Shown here in pieces: positions 32,547 to 44,798 of a stretch of 64,000 bases of DNA (position 1 is its first letter; the number at the start of each line of letters is the position of its first letter). Both the position numbers and the translations under genes were made by a program. Under the pieces are notes generated by a model. It was not told the origin of the DNA. It was given only the letters and a program-made list of their open reading frames with translations, and ran no database searches. The stretch is from Azolla caroliniana (lineage: Eukaryota; Plantae; Polypodiophyta): NCBI GenBank assembly GCA_043228905.1, contig JBHGNT010000012.1:13950001-14014000 (forward strand), written 5' to 3'.

Positions 32547-34679
32547 ATGAGGGGATCGGAGCTAGCAGAGGCAATGGCGGTGGCCGTCGACCGACTGGTG
32601 AGCGCTCGTGAGGGAACGGGTACCCTTGACAGAGCCATTGAATCGATCGTCGGCTCTATAGGCCGTTTCCGAGGGAAAGACGCCACAAGTTATTTGGAGG
32701 CTTACCGGGCCGAAATGATCATGAGGGATATCCCGGTGGACAGGCGGTTGTCCGGATTCCCTCGGGTGGTGACGCCAGGCATCCATGCGGAGGTGCTCGA
32801 GGTGCTGCCCGGATGCCAAACTTGGGAGGCGTTTGAGCTGCAGCTCCTCGAGAAGTACGTGTTTGACGACTCGCTCCGACTATCGAGGCGGGACTTCATG
32901 GCATGGGTGGAAAGCCCCGGAAAAGGGAGGAACACGTCGGTGCTCCTCCAGGAGTTCGAAAAACGGTTCGCGCAGCTGTCGACGTTGGACCGGACGGTGC
33001 TCGAAACAAGTCGAGTACTGCTGTTTGTCAAGTCGGTGGATGCGCTCGACAAGGAAAAGGTGGGCCCCCTATTGGAAACGGACGAAGGGCTCACGACGGA
33101 CTGGGCCGTGGTAAAACGGGTCTGCAGCCGTTTCGACAAACGGCGCGATTGGAGCGACGGAAGCACGTCGGGGTCGGGGCCGGTCTCGAGGAGGAGGCTT
33201 GAGGAGCCGGTTTCGGTGCCGGCTGGGAGGAAGGAAGAGACCCGAATCTGGCCGGAGTCGGGGTTGGCATCGAACGACGTGGTCAGAGGCCCATCCGGAG
33301 GAGCGGCTCTGGATGAGCTAACACAGATGTTGCACGACCTGCAGATCGCACAGGCCCGGAGAGACAGCGGTGAACAACCTCGCGACCGGAGGCCGCCGGC
33401 TGGGCAGCGGTGCATGTGGTGTTACACGATCGGTCACATTCAGAAGGATTGCGCGGATTTCGCCGACGCGTTCAGGACCAACATGGTGTACGTCTGGAAT
33501 GGACGGGTGCACGCAAGCGAGACCCAGAGAGCCCTAGAACTGAATACGGGGCGCGGCGGAATGAAGAGGTTGATGGAAGAGGGTGTGACACGGCATGTCG
33601 AAGCCGTCAACTACTCAGTGTCGGTGGGAATTCGGGTTGGGGGTGATGAGACCCGGAAGGCGAAGGACTCCAGATTCTGGCCGCTAGTGCTAGAAGGCCT
33701 CTCTGGAGTTCAACGGAGGAAGGAAGAGGCGGACCACGCGGAACAGCGGGTCCAGGAGGTCACCGGTTGGGACGATCCGGTCGAAGAGAAAACGGGCTTC
33801 GTAGAAGCCGCTTGCCAGAATTACGAGGTTCTGGTGGAGGACAAATGGGCAAGAAAGGCCGAAGGGGTCGGCCCCCTGAGGTATGAGACCCGGTTCGGAC
33901 CGAAACCGACCGGTGCCGGCATCCCAGGCGCGCCGGACGGAAAGAAGCAGGTGGGGTTTCGGTTGAGCACCGAGATCGAAAGGACCACATACCTGCGAAA
34001 GGTCCTGGAGGAACGTATCCTCGACAACAAAGTGGAGCTGTCATTGTGGGAGGTGCTGGGAATCGCCAAGAGGGAGTTCCACGACTCCATCGTAGACTTG
34101 GTGAAGCGCAAGAGGCTCTCGACGGAGCTGGAACCGGAGAAGTCGGTGGAGGTGCGGACCACGCACCTGGAAGACGAAGCCCTGGAAGACGAGCTGGCGG
34201 GAAGCCACTACATGAAGCCACATTGGGCTAGGGCGACTATAGAAACCCCTGTACGGATCGGCAACGTTCTGGAACCAGTGGTGGCGTTGGTAGACCATGG
34301 ATCCGAAATCAACCTGATGTCCATGGATTTCTACAAGAAGGGTAAATGGCCGATCAACACCAAGCATGGCTGGAAGATACGAGCAACGACACGCGCCACC
34401 GAAGAACTACATGGGGCCTGTCCGAACGTACGGGTGAAAATCGGCGATGTCGAGATCGACCAACACTTCTTCGTGCAGGAGACGTCCTCGCATCCGGTTA
34501 TACTAGGAGCGCCATATATCACGGCAGCACGGATGGAGACCAAGGTGTTGGACAACGGTTCAGCCTATGCAAGAGTCAAGAGCCAGGACAGGCGTCACTC
34601 AGTCCAGTTCCTAACGGTGCGACCAAACCACGAGCGTAACCGCAAGGCCCTCGACAACGAAACCCGAGGGGATTTTTAG
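32547..34679 (+). CDS. gag: A2 Gag-protease polyprotein (open frame)
   Basis: ORF track 719 aa; CMWCYTIGHIQKDC knuckle; VDHGSEIN protease; ends at GAT TTT TAG slippery site. Confidence 0.85.
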   Translation: MRGSELAEAMAVAVDRLVSAREGTGTLDRAIESIVGSIGRFRGKDATSYLEAYRAEMIMRDIPVDRRLSGFPRVVTPGIHAEVLEVLPGCQTWEAFELQLLEKYVFDDSLRLSRRDFMAWVESPGKGRNTSVLLQEFEKRFAQLSTLDRTVLETSRVLLFVKSVDALDKEKVGPLLETDEGLTTDWAVVKRVCSRFDKRRDWSDGSTSGSGPVSRRRLEEPVSVPAGRKEETRIWPESGLASNDVVRGPSGGAALDELTQMLHDLQIAQARRDSGEQPRDRRPPAGQRCMWCYTIGHIQKDCADFADAFRTNMVYVWNGRVHASETQRALELNTGRGGMKRLMEEGVTRHVEAVNYSVSVGIRVGGDETRKAKDSRFWPLVLEGLSGVQRRKEEADHAEQRVQEVTGWDDPVEEKTGFVEAACQNYEVLVEDKWARKAEGVGPLRYETRFGPKPTGAGIPGAPDGKKQVGFRLSTEIERTTYLRKVLEERILDNKVELSLWEVLGIAKREFHDSIVDLVKRKRLSTELEPEKSVEVRTTHLEDEALEDELAGSHYMKPHWARATIETPVRIGNVLEPVVALVDHGSEINLMSMDFYKKGKWPINTKHGWKIRATTRATEELHGACPNVRVKIGDVEIDQHFFVQETSSHPVILGAPYITAARMETKVLDNGSAYARVKSQDRRHSVQFLTVRPNHERNRKALDNETRGDF

Positions 34680-37600
34680 AGAGGGCTATCAAGGCGTGGG
34701 GCCGCGATAGTCCGGACACCCGGGAACAACCCCACAAATGTACAGTACGGAAGAAGACTTGTACCATGGGTAGGAAGTTTTGGTTCTTCGACAACGGAGG
34801 TTGTACTATAACCGGCGTCAGCCGGGAGAGGAATCGAGCGGAGGAGCGGCTCAAGGGATGCATAGTCCTCTTCCCCGACGAAGACATCAGCGGCGCCGTG
34901 GAGGCGGTCTCTTTTGACGACACCTTGGGCGAACTACGAAAGGTGATCGATGAAGACCTTAGAGAAGACCGGACCATTCCGGTAGGATCGATGGGAATGT
35001 ACGAAGTCATCGCGGACTTCAGGGAAAGGATCGAGTCGGATCAGACGGCCCGTGTGGATACAAAGTACAAGACGGTGGACCAGAAGGTGAGGCCAGTCGC
35101 GGCACCCTTGCCGGAGGGTAGTGAGGGGCGGATAAAAGGGGTCGCGTCGGACCCAAGTTTACAGAATCCAGCCGGCATAGGGCACCGGTTCACCGACATA
35201 ACGCTACGGGAGCTCAAGGTCGGTGGGGGCGGCTTCCTACTGCCAGCGGAGGAGGACCAGTTTCGGAGAATGCTCGGGAGGCACAGGAAGGCTTTCACAT
35301 TCTCACTAGAGGAGATCGGGTGCGTAGACCCGACAGTTGTCGAACCAATGGTGATCTTCATGGTACCACATGTACCGTGGAATCTCAAGCCGATTCCGGT
35401 GCCAAGAGCTCACATCCCGAAGTTGATGGAGCTCCTAAAGCAAAAGGTGGAGATGGGCATCCTCGAACCGTTGAGTGCCCCGTATTCGAATCGGTGGTTT
35501 TCCGTGCCGAAGAAGAACGGCACGCTGCGCTTCATCTAGGACCTACAACCGGTCAACAAGGTGACCATCCGTAACGCAGGGATCAGACCGACCATAGACG
35601 AGTTCGCGGAGGCCTTCGCTAGAAGGTCGATCTATTCTGTCGGTGATCTGTACTCGGGGTACGATCAGTTCCAACTAGCCGTGGAGAGCAGAGACATTAC
35701 GACGATGCGGACTCCTCTCGACCTAGTGCGGATGTGTACCCTGCCACAAGGAGGGACGAACTCAGTGGCTCACATGGTGAACGCGATGAACAAAGTGCTC
35801 AAGGATTGTATCCCGGACATCACCATGCCATTCTTAGACGACATCCCGATCAAGGGATGCCCGGTGGAGAAAAGGGACGAGGCAATCGGGCCGGACGGAT
35901 GTCGTAATTTCATGGCATCCCACATCTATGACTGCGAGAAGGTGCTGCAGAGACTAGAGCGCACGAGGCTCACCTTCTTCGGGGAAAAGTCGGCCTTCGG
36001 ACAGTCGGAGATCTTGGTGGTCGGACACCTGTGCGGGCCTTACGGTAGGAAACCGTCTTCGGCAAAGGTAGAGGCCATCTCCACAATGAGGAACGATTGC
36101 GGGTCGGTCACGGAGGTCCGCAGATTCTTGGGGGCATGCGCGTTCTACCACATCTGGATCCCGCACTACGCACATGTCGCGGAACCCCTCTACGGACTAT
36201 TGAAAAAGGTGCGTAGCTTTGAGTGGAGGATGGAGCACACTGAGTGGGTTCGGAGACTAAAGGAGGCGCTTACGGCAGCGTTGGCTCTCCGTAAAGCGGT
36301 TTACGGAAAGGATGTTCCCATCTGCGTAATGGTGGACACCAGTCCGACCGGGATCGGGTGGGTAATCAGTCAGGAGGACAAGGGCAGCGTACAATTCCCG
36401 ATCCGGTTCGGGGCGAAGGTATTGAGCGAGCGGCAGCAAGGGTACGCCCAAGTTAAGCGCGAACTTTGGGGTGTCGTTTCGGCAGTCAAGGCTGACAAGG
36501 ATTATCTGGTCGGGACGCAGGTGATTATCAAGACGGACTGCCTGCCGATACTCGGCATGGTTTCCGGATGCGCGACGCCGGACCTAGCAATGCTCCGGTG
36601 GATAACGTACATTAAGTCCCTGAACCCGGAGATACGGCACATCTCCGGAAAGGACAACACCATGGCCGACATGCTTTCGAGGGCAAGGTTCAATGACGAA
36701 GACGGCATGGTTTCGGATGACGAAGAAGTCGGCGAGGACTTCTTCGGGTCGGCTAACGTAATGACGAGGAAAGGGAACACTCCGGCGCTTAACGAATTTG
36801 ACGAAAGCAGGTATGACGGGGAGTGGCTCCAAATTAGGAGGTTCCTACGGACGATGACGCCGGACGCAGTATGGGCGAGAGAGGAGGCGAGCCGGATACG
36901 GAGGAAGGCGTACCGATTCTTCTCGCGGGACGGGTGCATATGGAGGCACCCAAAGAAGAGAAGCGGCATCCCACTCCGAGTAGTGGCAAAGAAAAAAGAA
37001 CAGGGGAAACTATTGGCGGCATTCCACGAGAGCCCATGGGCTGAACACCGCGGAACGTGGGCCACATTCGAGAAGTTGAAGGAGAAGTACTGGTGGTCGG
37101 GGCTCTACCAGGACGTGCATCGGTACTTAACGACTTGCGAAAGTTGTCAGGTGCACTCCGTAGTCTAACACCGGGACGAGCTACACCCGACCTACCCGCC
37201 TACGGTCCATTTCAAGTGGATGGTGGACTTGGTGACGATGCCGATGGGGGTAGGACAGATGCGATACCTGGTTGCACGGGAAGACTTAACGAACCAGGTG
37301 GAAGGTTGTGCACTGCAAAGCAAGACAACCGCGGCGGTATGCCGGTTCCTGATCGAAGAAGTAGTGTGTCGGTACAGGTGCGTCGGGAGGATCGTGGCGG
37401 ACCGGGGAGAGCTGGATGCGCGGGAGGTCGACGAGCTGTTCGACCAGCTAGGCATCAAACTCTCCCTCACCACGACGTACAATCCGGAGGCGAATGGAAA
37501 GGTGGAACGTGGGCACAGACCGATTGTAAAGGCGTTGGTGCGTGCATGCGGTGGGCAGGTCGGGAATTGGCCGCGACTCCTTCCTTACGCATAATTCGGT

Positions 37601-38071
37601 GACAAGGTTTATGCCGGCGGAACTAATGTACGGACAAAAGCCGATCATGTCGGTGGAACGGACGGTTTCTTCGTGGGCGGCAGTAGATTGGAAGGACGAA
37701 ATGAGCCAGGAGAAATTGCTAGCGGTGCGGATTCGGCAACTCGAGCGGAGGCCAGAGGACGTGATACAAGCGGAGGCCAGAAGATCGAGGAAGGCGAATG
37801 GGTCTTGGTATACGACAACAGCCTCGACAATCAGCACAAGGCGGTGCAGAAGTTTGCTAGGAGATGGTTCGGGCCCTACACGGTGACGAGCGCGAACGAC
37901 AATGGCGCGTACCACCTCGCGGAACTCGACGGGACATAGTTAGTGGTGCCGGTGGTCGGAAAGCGGATCAAAGCGTTCAAAAAGCGGTTCAAAGACGAGC
38001 TGGAGCCTGCGAGCGGGAGCGACAACGACGATCAGTTCGGGTCCGGCAGAGAATCGGAGAGCAACGAATGA
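34670..38071 (+). pseudogene. pol: A2 pol with stops and small deletions
   Basis: ORFs 34766-35539, 35561-37168 and 37220-37594 are in one frame; FLDD, RNase H and integrase motifs. Confidence 0.9.
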
Positions 38072-40724
38072 GGTCGGGTTTCTTCGATATCTACCCGTCT
38101 CTGGCGCATGCCAGTGGATGCGCGATTTGGTGGGGGTGGTTGTCGTGAAGAAAACCGGCCATAGGCGGAATCGGAGAGAAAGCGCGTAAACCGGCCCTTA
38201 CACGGATGGACGCGTGACTTGATATTTTGTACACGAACCGGTGGATGTAAATACTAAGCCGCGCACATTTATTAGAGGGGGATTGTGCATATCCCTGTCA
38301 AAGGGACAGGGAATAAAGCGAAGGGACAGGAGAAAAAGAAGAAAAGGGGGAAGAAAAGAGTCGGGGGGGGGGGGGGGGGGATCGCGCGAGGAAGGAGGAA
38401 GCGCTGCTGCAGAATCGAGGGCGGAGCTCTCTCTCTTCTCCTCCAGCCGTCGTTCTCTGCGGGCGTCGGGAGTTCGCTACCTCTGCTTCGGGGACAGCCC
38501 GTGTGCTTCCAGCAGAGTCTCTCCTTTCCCTCCTTTGTTTTTGGGAGTCGTGTGACTGTCGTCGGTGTGTGTGAGTAGGGTCCCCATGTCGGGTCCGTCG
38601 CCGCCTTGTCGGTTGTAACCGTCGGAGCTTGTAATCTCTTGTCATTGTAATTAAGTGTTACGTTCTATATCTCCTTTCTCGCTTCTACGTGTCTGTGAAT
38701 CTCTCTCTCTGTCTCTCTCTCTCTCGCTCCTCGGTCCAAGACCCCCGTGGTGCCGCCCCTTTCTACACGTACGCACGTAACAACGCGGTGATACTCGGCG
38801 AGCCGTATATTACGGCGGCATGCATGGAAACAAAGGTGTTGGATAATGGTTCCGCGTACACATGCGTGAAGAGCCAAGATGGGCGACACTCCATCCAATT
38901 TCTGACAGTGCGACCAAACCATGAGCGTAACCGCGAGACCCTCGACAGTGATAGGGATTTTTAGAGAGGGCTATCAAGGCGTGGGGCCACAATAATCCGA
39001 ACACCCCGGAGGAACCCCACACATGTACCATGGGTAGGAAATTTTGTTTCTCCGACAACGGAGGTTGTATGATAACCGGCATTAGCAGCTGGGAAAAGAC
39101 GCGGGCAGAGGAACATCTCAGGGCGTGCGGAGTCCTTGGCCCCGACGAGGAGATTGGCAGCACCGTGGAGGCGGTCTCTTTTGACAACACCTTGGGAGAA
39201 TTAAGGAAGGCGCTCGAAGAAGGCCTCAGTGAAGACCGGACTATTCCAGAGCTCACATCCTGAAGTTGATGGAGCTACTAAAGCAGAAGGTGGAGATGGG
39301 CATCCTCGAGCCATCGAGCGCCCCATATTCGAATCGGTGGTTAACCATGCCGAAGAAGAACGGCACGTTGTGCTTTATTCAAGACTGTTAATCCTTAGGT
39401 CCGGACAATGGCCTAACACAGGGTGTCTACGGAAGACACTTCACTAAAGGGGTGTTACGGCGAGATAACTTAAGACACAATGATTAATCAGAATTAATTG
39501 GCTACTTAGCAATATGGCATTAAATTTGATACGCGCGTATGATAGAACAATTAGTACAGAACGGTAATCAACACTTAAAGATAAAACAAGAAGCTCTATT
39601 AATTATCCATCAAAGTTTTACATTGTAACTAAGCCTTTATATAGGTCATCGGTGCTGAGTACAAAACGGTGGCAACCGGACTTGTTCGGAACTGGTCTGG
39701 ATCCGGATCGGCATACCGATTGCGGTCCGTCCGTTCACGTCCCACTATTCAACTTAATTAAAATAGATTCCGAATAACAATCCCTTTCACATTCTGGTCT
39801 TTAACTCCTTTGCCGGCCGGGTAACACATGGCATGCCCGTGGGACAGTACCTTGTACGTCGAATCCCATTATCCGACCCTTAGCCTTCGTCCAAGATATC
39901 CAGAATACTCTGCTCCAGGGTATCCAATGGTTCTTCGGAACTCTGTTGTTGTTGCTATTGCGGTTGTTGTTGTTGTTGTGGTTGTTGTTGTTGTTGTTGT
40001 GGCTCCAGCTCCTTCGACTGTTGCTCCTTAGATGGCGTATGTTCGGCTCCCGGTACCGGCGGTTGTGGCGGTGATTCCTCCATTAGCTGCTCTGCCGGAT
40101 TTGACCCTAGTTGACTCGCCCCAGCCTTGTCTCCATCCGGTCCTTGCTCCGGCGATGATTCCTCATCGCTGAGGTTGACGGTCGCTGCTTGCTTTGCGTC
40201 TTCTTTCCATAGCCTGGTTCGCTCATAGCTTTCAAACTGGATTTGAGCATCCATTCAATCATTGTCCAGTTGTGCTACCAGTTGCCTGACCACTGATGAC
40301 TGTTCCTCTGCCAGAGTTACAAAATCTTCGGCTAACTCATTTCTAACAGCGGTGAAGTCCTCCTTTGTTAGCATGTAGCAGTCGTTGCCATCCTTCTACC
40401 GGTTTTCCACGTCTGCCCTTAGCAACTAGAGCTCGACTGTGTGTTTTGCCCTATTTGTCCCACCATTGCGCGGAGCTTTCGTCAATCAAGCGTTTTGTCT
40501 TGTTCCTCCATGCCTAGACAATAAACTGGATCCGCTCCAATCCCATATTCGATTTGTCCTCCGCGGCTTGCTGTTCTTCCTTCAATTGCTTGATAAGCGC
40601 CACCGTGCTTGCCTCCTGCTCCCGGTAATGTGACAATTGGTGTTGGTAGGTGTTCTGCAACCTCTGCAATACCATTGTCGCTCTTTCCTTCTCTTCATAA
40701 TGCTGCTTATGGAGCTCCATACGT

Positions 40725-41078
40725 TCTTCCGCGGCCTCCTCCAGTAGCGTGGTTCTTTCAGCCCGTTCCTCCGCTACCGCCGTCTCCGCTCGATGCACCT
40801 CTTGCCAGAGCTCTGCCATCTTCCCTTGTTGTTTCTTATGCTCTTCCGCGGCCTCCTCCAGTAGCGTGGTTCTTTCAGCCCGTTCCTCCGCTACCGCCGT
40901 CTCCGCTCGATGCACCTCTTGCCAGAGCTCTGCCATCTTCCCTTGTTGTTTCTTATGCTCTTCCGCGGCCTCCTCCAGTAGCGTGGTTCTTTCAGCCCGT
41001 TCCTCCGCTACCGCCGTCTCCGCTCGATGCACCTCTTGCCAGAGCTCTGCCATCTTCTCCTGTTGTTTCTTATGCTCC
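40725..41078 (-). repeat. Three near-identical 120-bp in-frame tandem repeats in the B2 extra ORF
   Basis: EHKKQQxKMAELWQEVHRAETAVAEERAERTTLLEEAAE x3 in ORF 40514-41272. Confidence 0.92.
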
Positions 41079-41096
41079 GTAACCAAGTGCTTGTAG

Positions 41097-41364
41097 TGTT
41101 GGGAGATAGGTCCCTCCGGATGGGAAGGGAGAAGAACAGTGTTGATGAGAAAACTCGGTCGAGGCCGAAACCGGATGAGGAGTACCCAGCTACGGAGAGC
41201 CGGATGGTGCAGACCCGGTGAGAATCGGATGGGGAGTACTCGGCTACGGAGAGCCGGATGGTGCAGACCCAATGAGAACCGGATGACGAGTACCCGACAA
41301 GTGCCAGATGGTGCAGACTCGGTGAGGAGTGCTCACCGGATGAAGAGACATATTCGTAAATATG
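41097..41364 (+). repeat. Partial LTR of Copia family D, opposite orientation, cut by the next D element
   Basis: TGTTGGGAGATAGGTCCCTCCGGATGGG is the reverse complement of the D LTR ends at 42177 and 44798. Confidence 0.85.
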
Positions 41365-44057
41365 TGATGGGAACTGAAACGCTCCTTATACGCAACGCTC
41401 GGCCACAACCGAGCTTAGAATCATACACAGAAACGGGAAATAATGAACAACACGAAGAAGAGAAGTGTACACAGGATGTTTACGTGGAAAACCCAAACTA
41501 AGGGAAAAACCACGGCAGCCCACAGACTACAAACTATCACTATGCTAGAATGTACAACAGTGAGTTCACGGAGTCAACGACCTCATGCTCACAATCCTCG
41601 CCACAGGCAGCGGTTACAACAGAGGCAACGACCTCGTTCTCTCTCTCTCTCTGTACACAGTTCCGCGCTCTCTCTCTCCTTGCGCCAACAAGAATAACAA
41701 CAACAACAGTAAACAAAAAAGGTTTGCCCTAAGTCATATTTATACTAATATGACTTTTCGGCTATATACAAATATAACCTCGATGGACTCTCAGAAACAT
41801 ATTTACGAATATGTATCTTCATCCGGTGAGCATTCCTCACCGGGTCTGCACCATCCGGCTCACCGTAACCGGGTACTCCTTATCCGGTTCTCACCAGGTC
41901 TGCACCATCGGGGTCTCCGTAACCGGGTACTCCTCATCCGGTTCTCACCGGGTCTGCACCATCCGGCTCTCCGTAGCCGGGTACTCCTCATCCGGTCTTC
42001 ACCGGGTCTGCACCATCCGGCTCTCCGTAGCCGAGTACTCCTCATCCGGTCTTCACCGGGTCTGCACCATCTGGCTCTCCGTGGCCGGGTACTCGTCATA
42101 CGGTTTCGGCCTCGGCCGAGTTTGTTCATCAACACTGTTCTTCTCCTTTCCCATCCGGAGGGACCTGTCTCCCAACAAACTCCCCCTTCACTCCGGCATG
42201 GGATGTCTTACTAGTCCGATCCTCTTCCGGCATGCATCCAGCTTGTCGGGTATCAAAACTTTGGTCAGCATGTCTGACCCATTCTCGGCCGTGTGGATCT
42301 TCGTCGGTGCGAACTCCTGGTCATCTACTCTTTCACGGATCCAGTGATATCTTCGCTGGATATGCTTCGTCTGGGAATGGTAGGCTGCATTCTTAGCAAG
42401 ATGGATGGCACTTTGACTGTCGCAATAGAGTCGGTATTCATCTTGTCGGATACCAAGCTCTCCGATGAAGTCCTTCATCCATAATATTTCCTTACCGGCT
42501 TCCACAACCGCCATGTACTCCGCCTCCGTGGTTGACAATGCAACCGTCTTCTGCAGCCTCGACTGCCACGAAACAGCTCCCCCTGCATATGTCATTTCAT
42601 ACCCGGATGTAGACCGGCTGGTATCCACATCAGCCGACATGTCCGAATCGGTGAAGCCGTCCAGTTGAGGTTTTCCGGAGCCGAATCGGAGACACATATT
42701 TGAAGTGCCCTTCAAATACCGGAGTATCCATTTGACCGCGTTCCAGTGCTCCTTGCCGGGATTGCTCATGAACTGGCTCACCACTCCGACTGCGTATCCT
42801 ATATCCGGTCGGGTACAAACCTTTGCGTACATTAAGCTCCCGACGACAGAGGCATATGGAATCTTCATCATATCCGCCTTCTCTGCTTTCGTCTTCGGGC
42901 TTTGCTTACCGGATAACCTGCAGTTTGCCGGAAGTGTCGATCCGACCGGTTTCGCATCTGACATGTTGAACCGGTGAAGCACCTTTGTCACGTACTTCTC
43001 CTGTGACAACCATAATTGCTTCGTTGACCGATTCTGGATAATATGCATCCCCAACATCTATCTTGTCGGACCCAAGTCTTTCATTCAGAAGGTCGGGTTG
43101 AGAGCCTTCTTCAGCATCCGTATTTTGACTTGGTCCCGTCCAACGATCAACATGTCATCCACGTACAGAAGGAGTATCAGGAAGTCGCCTCCTTCGAACT
43201 TCTTCACGAACACGCAGTGATCGGCCTGCGTCTTGTGGTACCCTTGATCGGTCATGAAGGAGTCGAACTTCTGGTACCATTGCCAGGGGGCCTGCTTCAA
43301 CCCGTAGAGGCTCTTCTTCAACCGGCATACCAGGTGCTCCTTCCCTTTCTCCACGAATCCCTCTGGTTGCTGCATGTAGATCTCCTCTTCGAGGTCGCCG
43401 TGAAGGAATGTCGTTTTCATGTCTAGCTGTTCTACCTCGAGTTCCATGCTTGCCGCTATACTCAGCACCGTCCGGATGGAGGTCATCTTTACTACCGGGG
43501 CAAATATCTAGTAAAAGTCCACGCCCTTTTTCTGTTGGAACCCCTTCACCACGATCCTAGCTTTGTATCTCGGGGGGTTGCCGGCATCTCCCGGTTTCTA
43601 CTTGTACACCCACTTGTTTCGGAGTGCCCGCTTTCCTTTCGGCAACTCCACCAATTCGTACGTATGGTTCTCATGTAGGGAATCCATCTCATCCTACATG
43701 GCACTTAACCATTTGCGGCTGTGGGTGTCATCCTTCACTTCTTCGAAGCTTTCCGGCTCCCCCTCATCGGTCAACAGAACATGCTCTGCATCCGGAAATC
43801 TCCGGGGCGCCCTTCTCTCTTTGAGAGGATATCTCCGTCTTCGGGCTTCGGTAACCGGCTCCTCCATATGCTCTTCAAGGGAATCCGATTCAGGGTCTTG
43901 GCCAGTTCCGGTTTCAGCTAACTCTACTTCTTCTTCAGCCTGTTCGGTATCCTCACCGTAACCGGCTGGTTCCTCGAGTGTTAACCGGCCTCTTGCTGGT
44001 TGGGTCTGCTCATCGTAGAGTCGATCCTTACCGGTCGACTCAGAGTTCATTATCTTC

Positions 44058-44328
44058 TGACGGGAACTGGTCGTTCCTTATGCGCAACGCTCGGCCACAA
44101 CCGAGCTTAGAATGATACACAGAAAATGGGAAATAAGACGCGACACAAAGAAGAAGAAAATACACAGGAGGTTTACGTGGAAAACCCCAAACTAGGGGAA
44201 AAACCACGGCAGCCCACAGGCTGCAAACTGTCACTATGTAAGAATGTACAAAATAGTGAGTTCACAGAGGCAACGACCTCGGACTCACAATCTTCGCCAC
44301 AAGCGGCGGTTACAACAGAGGCAGCGAC

Positions 44329-44367
<39 letters not shown>

Positions 44368-44798
44368 CAACGTTACGTACTCTCTCTTCTTCTTGCACCA
44401 ACAAGAAAATGACAACCACACCTATTAGTTTGCCCTAACTCATATTTATACTAATATGACTTTTCGGCTATTTACAAATATAGCCTCGATGGACTATCAA
44501 AAAACATATTTACGAATATGTCTCTTCATCCGGTTCTCCGTAGCCGGGTACTCCTCATCCGGTTTTCACCGGGTCTGCATCATCTGGCTCTCCGTAGTCG
44601 GGTACTCCTCATCCGGTTCATACCGGGTCTGTACCATCCGGCTCTCCGTAGCCGGGTACTCCTCATCCGGTCTTCACCGGGTCTGCATCATCCGGCTCTC
44701 CGTGGCCGGGTCCACCTCATACGGTTTCGGCCTCGGCCGAGTTTGTTCATCGGCACTGTTCTTCTCCCTTCCCATCCGGAGGGACCTGTCTCCCAACA
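44058..44798 (-). repeat. Family D solo LTR inserted in a family D internal region, TSD TCTTC
   Basis: TCTTC at 44053-44057 and 44799-44803; full-length homology to 41365-42177. Confidence 0.93.

Larger units (their letters stand above)
32099..38786 (+). mobile_element. Gypsy family A copy A2 (5' LTR truncated 32099-32502; 3' LTR 38141-38786)
   Basis: LTR pair similarity; degenerate Trp PBS 32507-32523; PPT TTTGGTGGGGGTGGT; complete domain order. Confidence 0.92.

Noticed and set aside
21300-38700. Numerous overlapping antisense and alternative-frame ORFs
   Set aside because: Expected shadows of GC-rich retroelement coding and LTR sequence; no motifs and not conserved as ORFs between copies.
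41820-42105. CRISPR-like array
   Set aside because: Head-to-tail 54-bp units with no unique spacers, inside a Copia LTR, and no cas genes.
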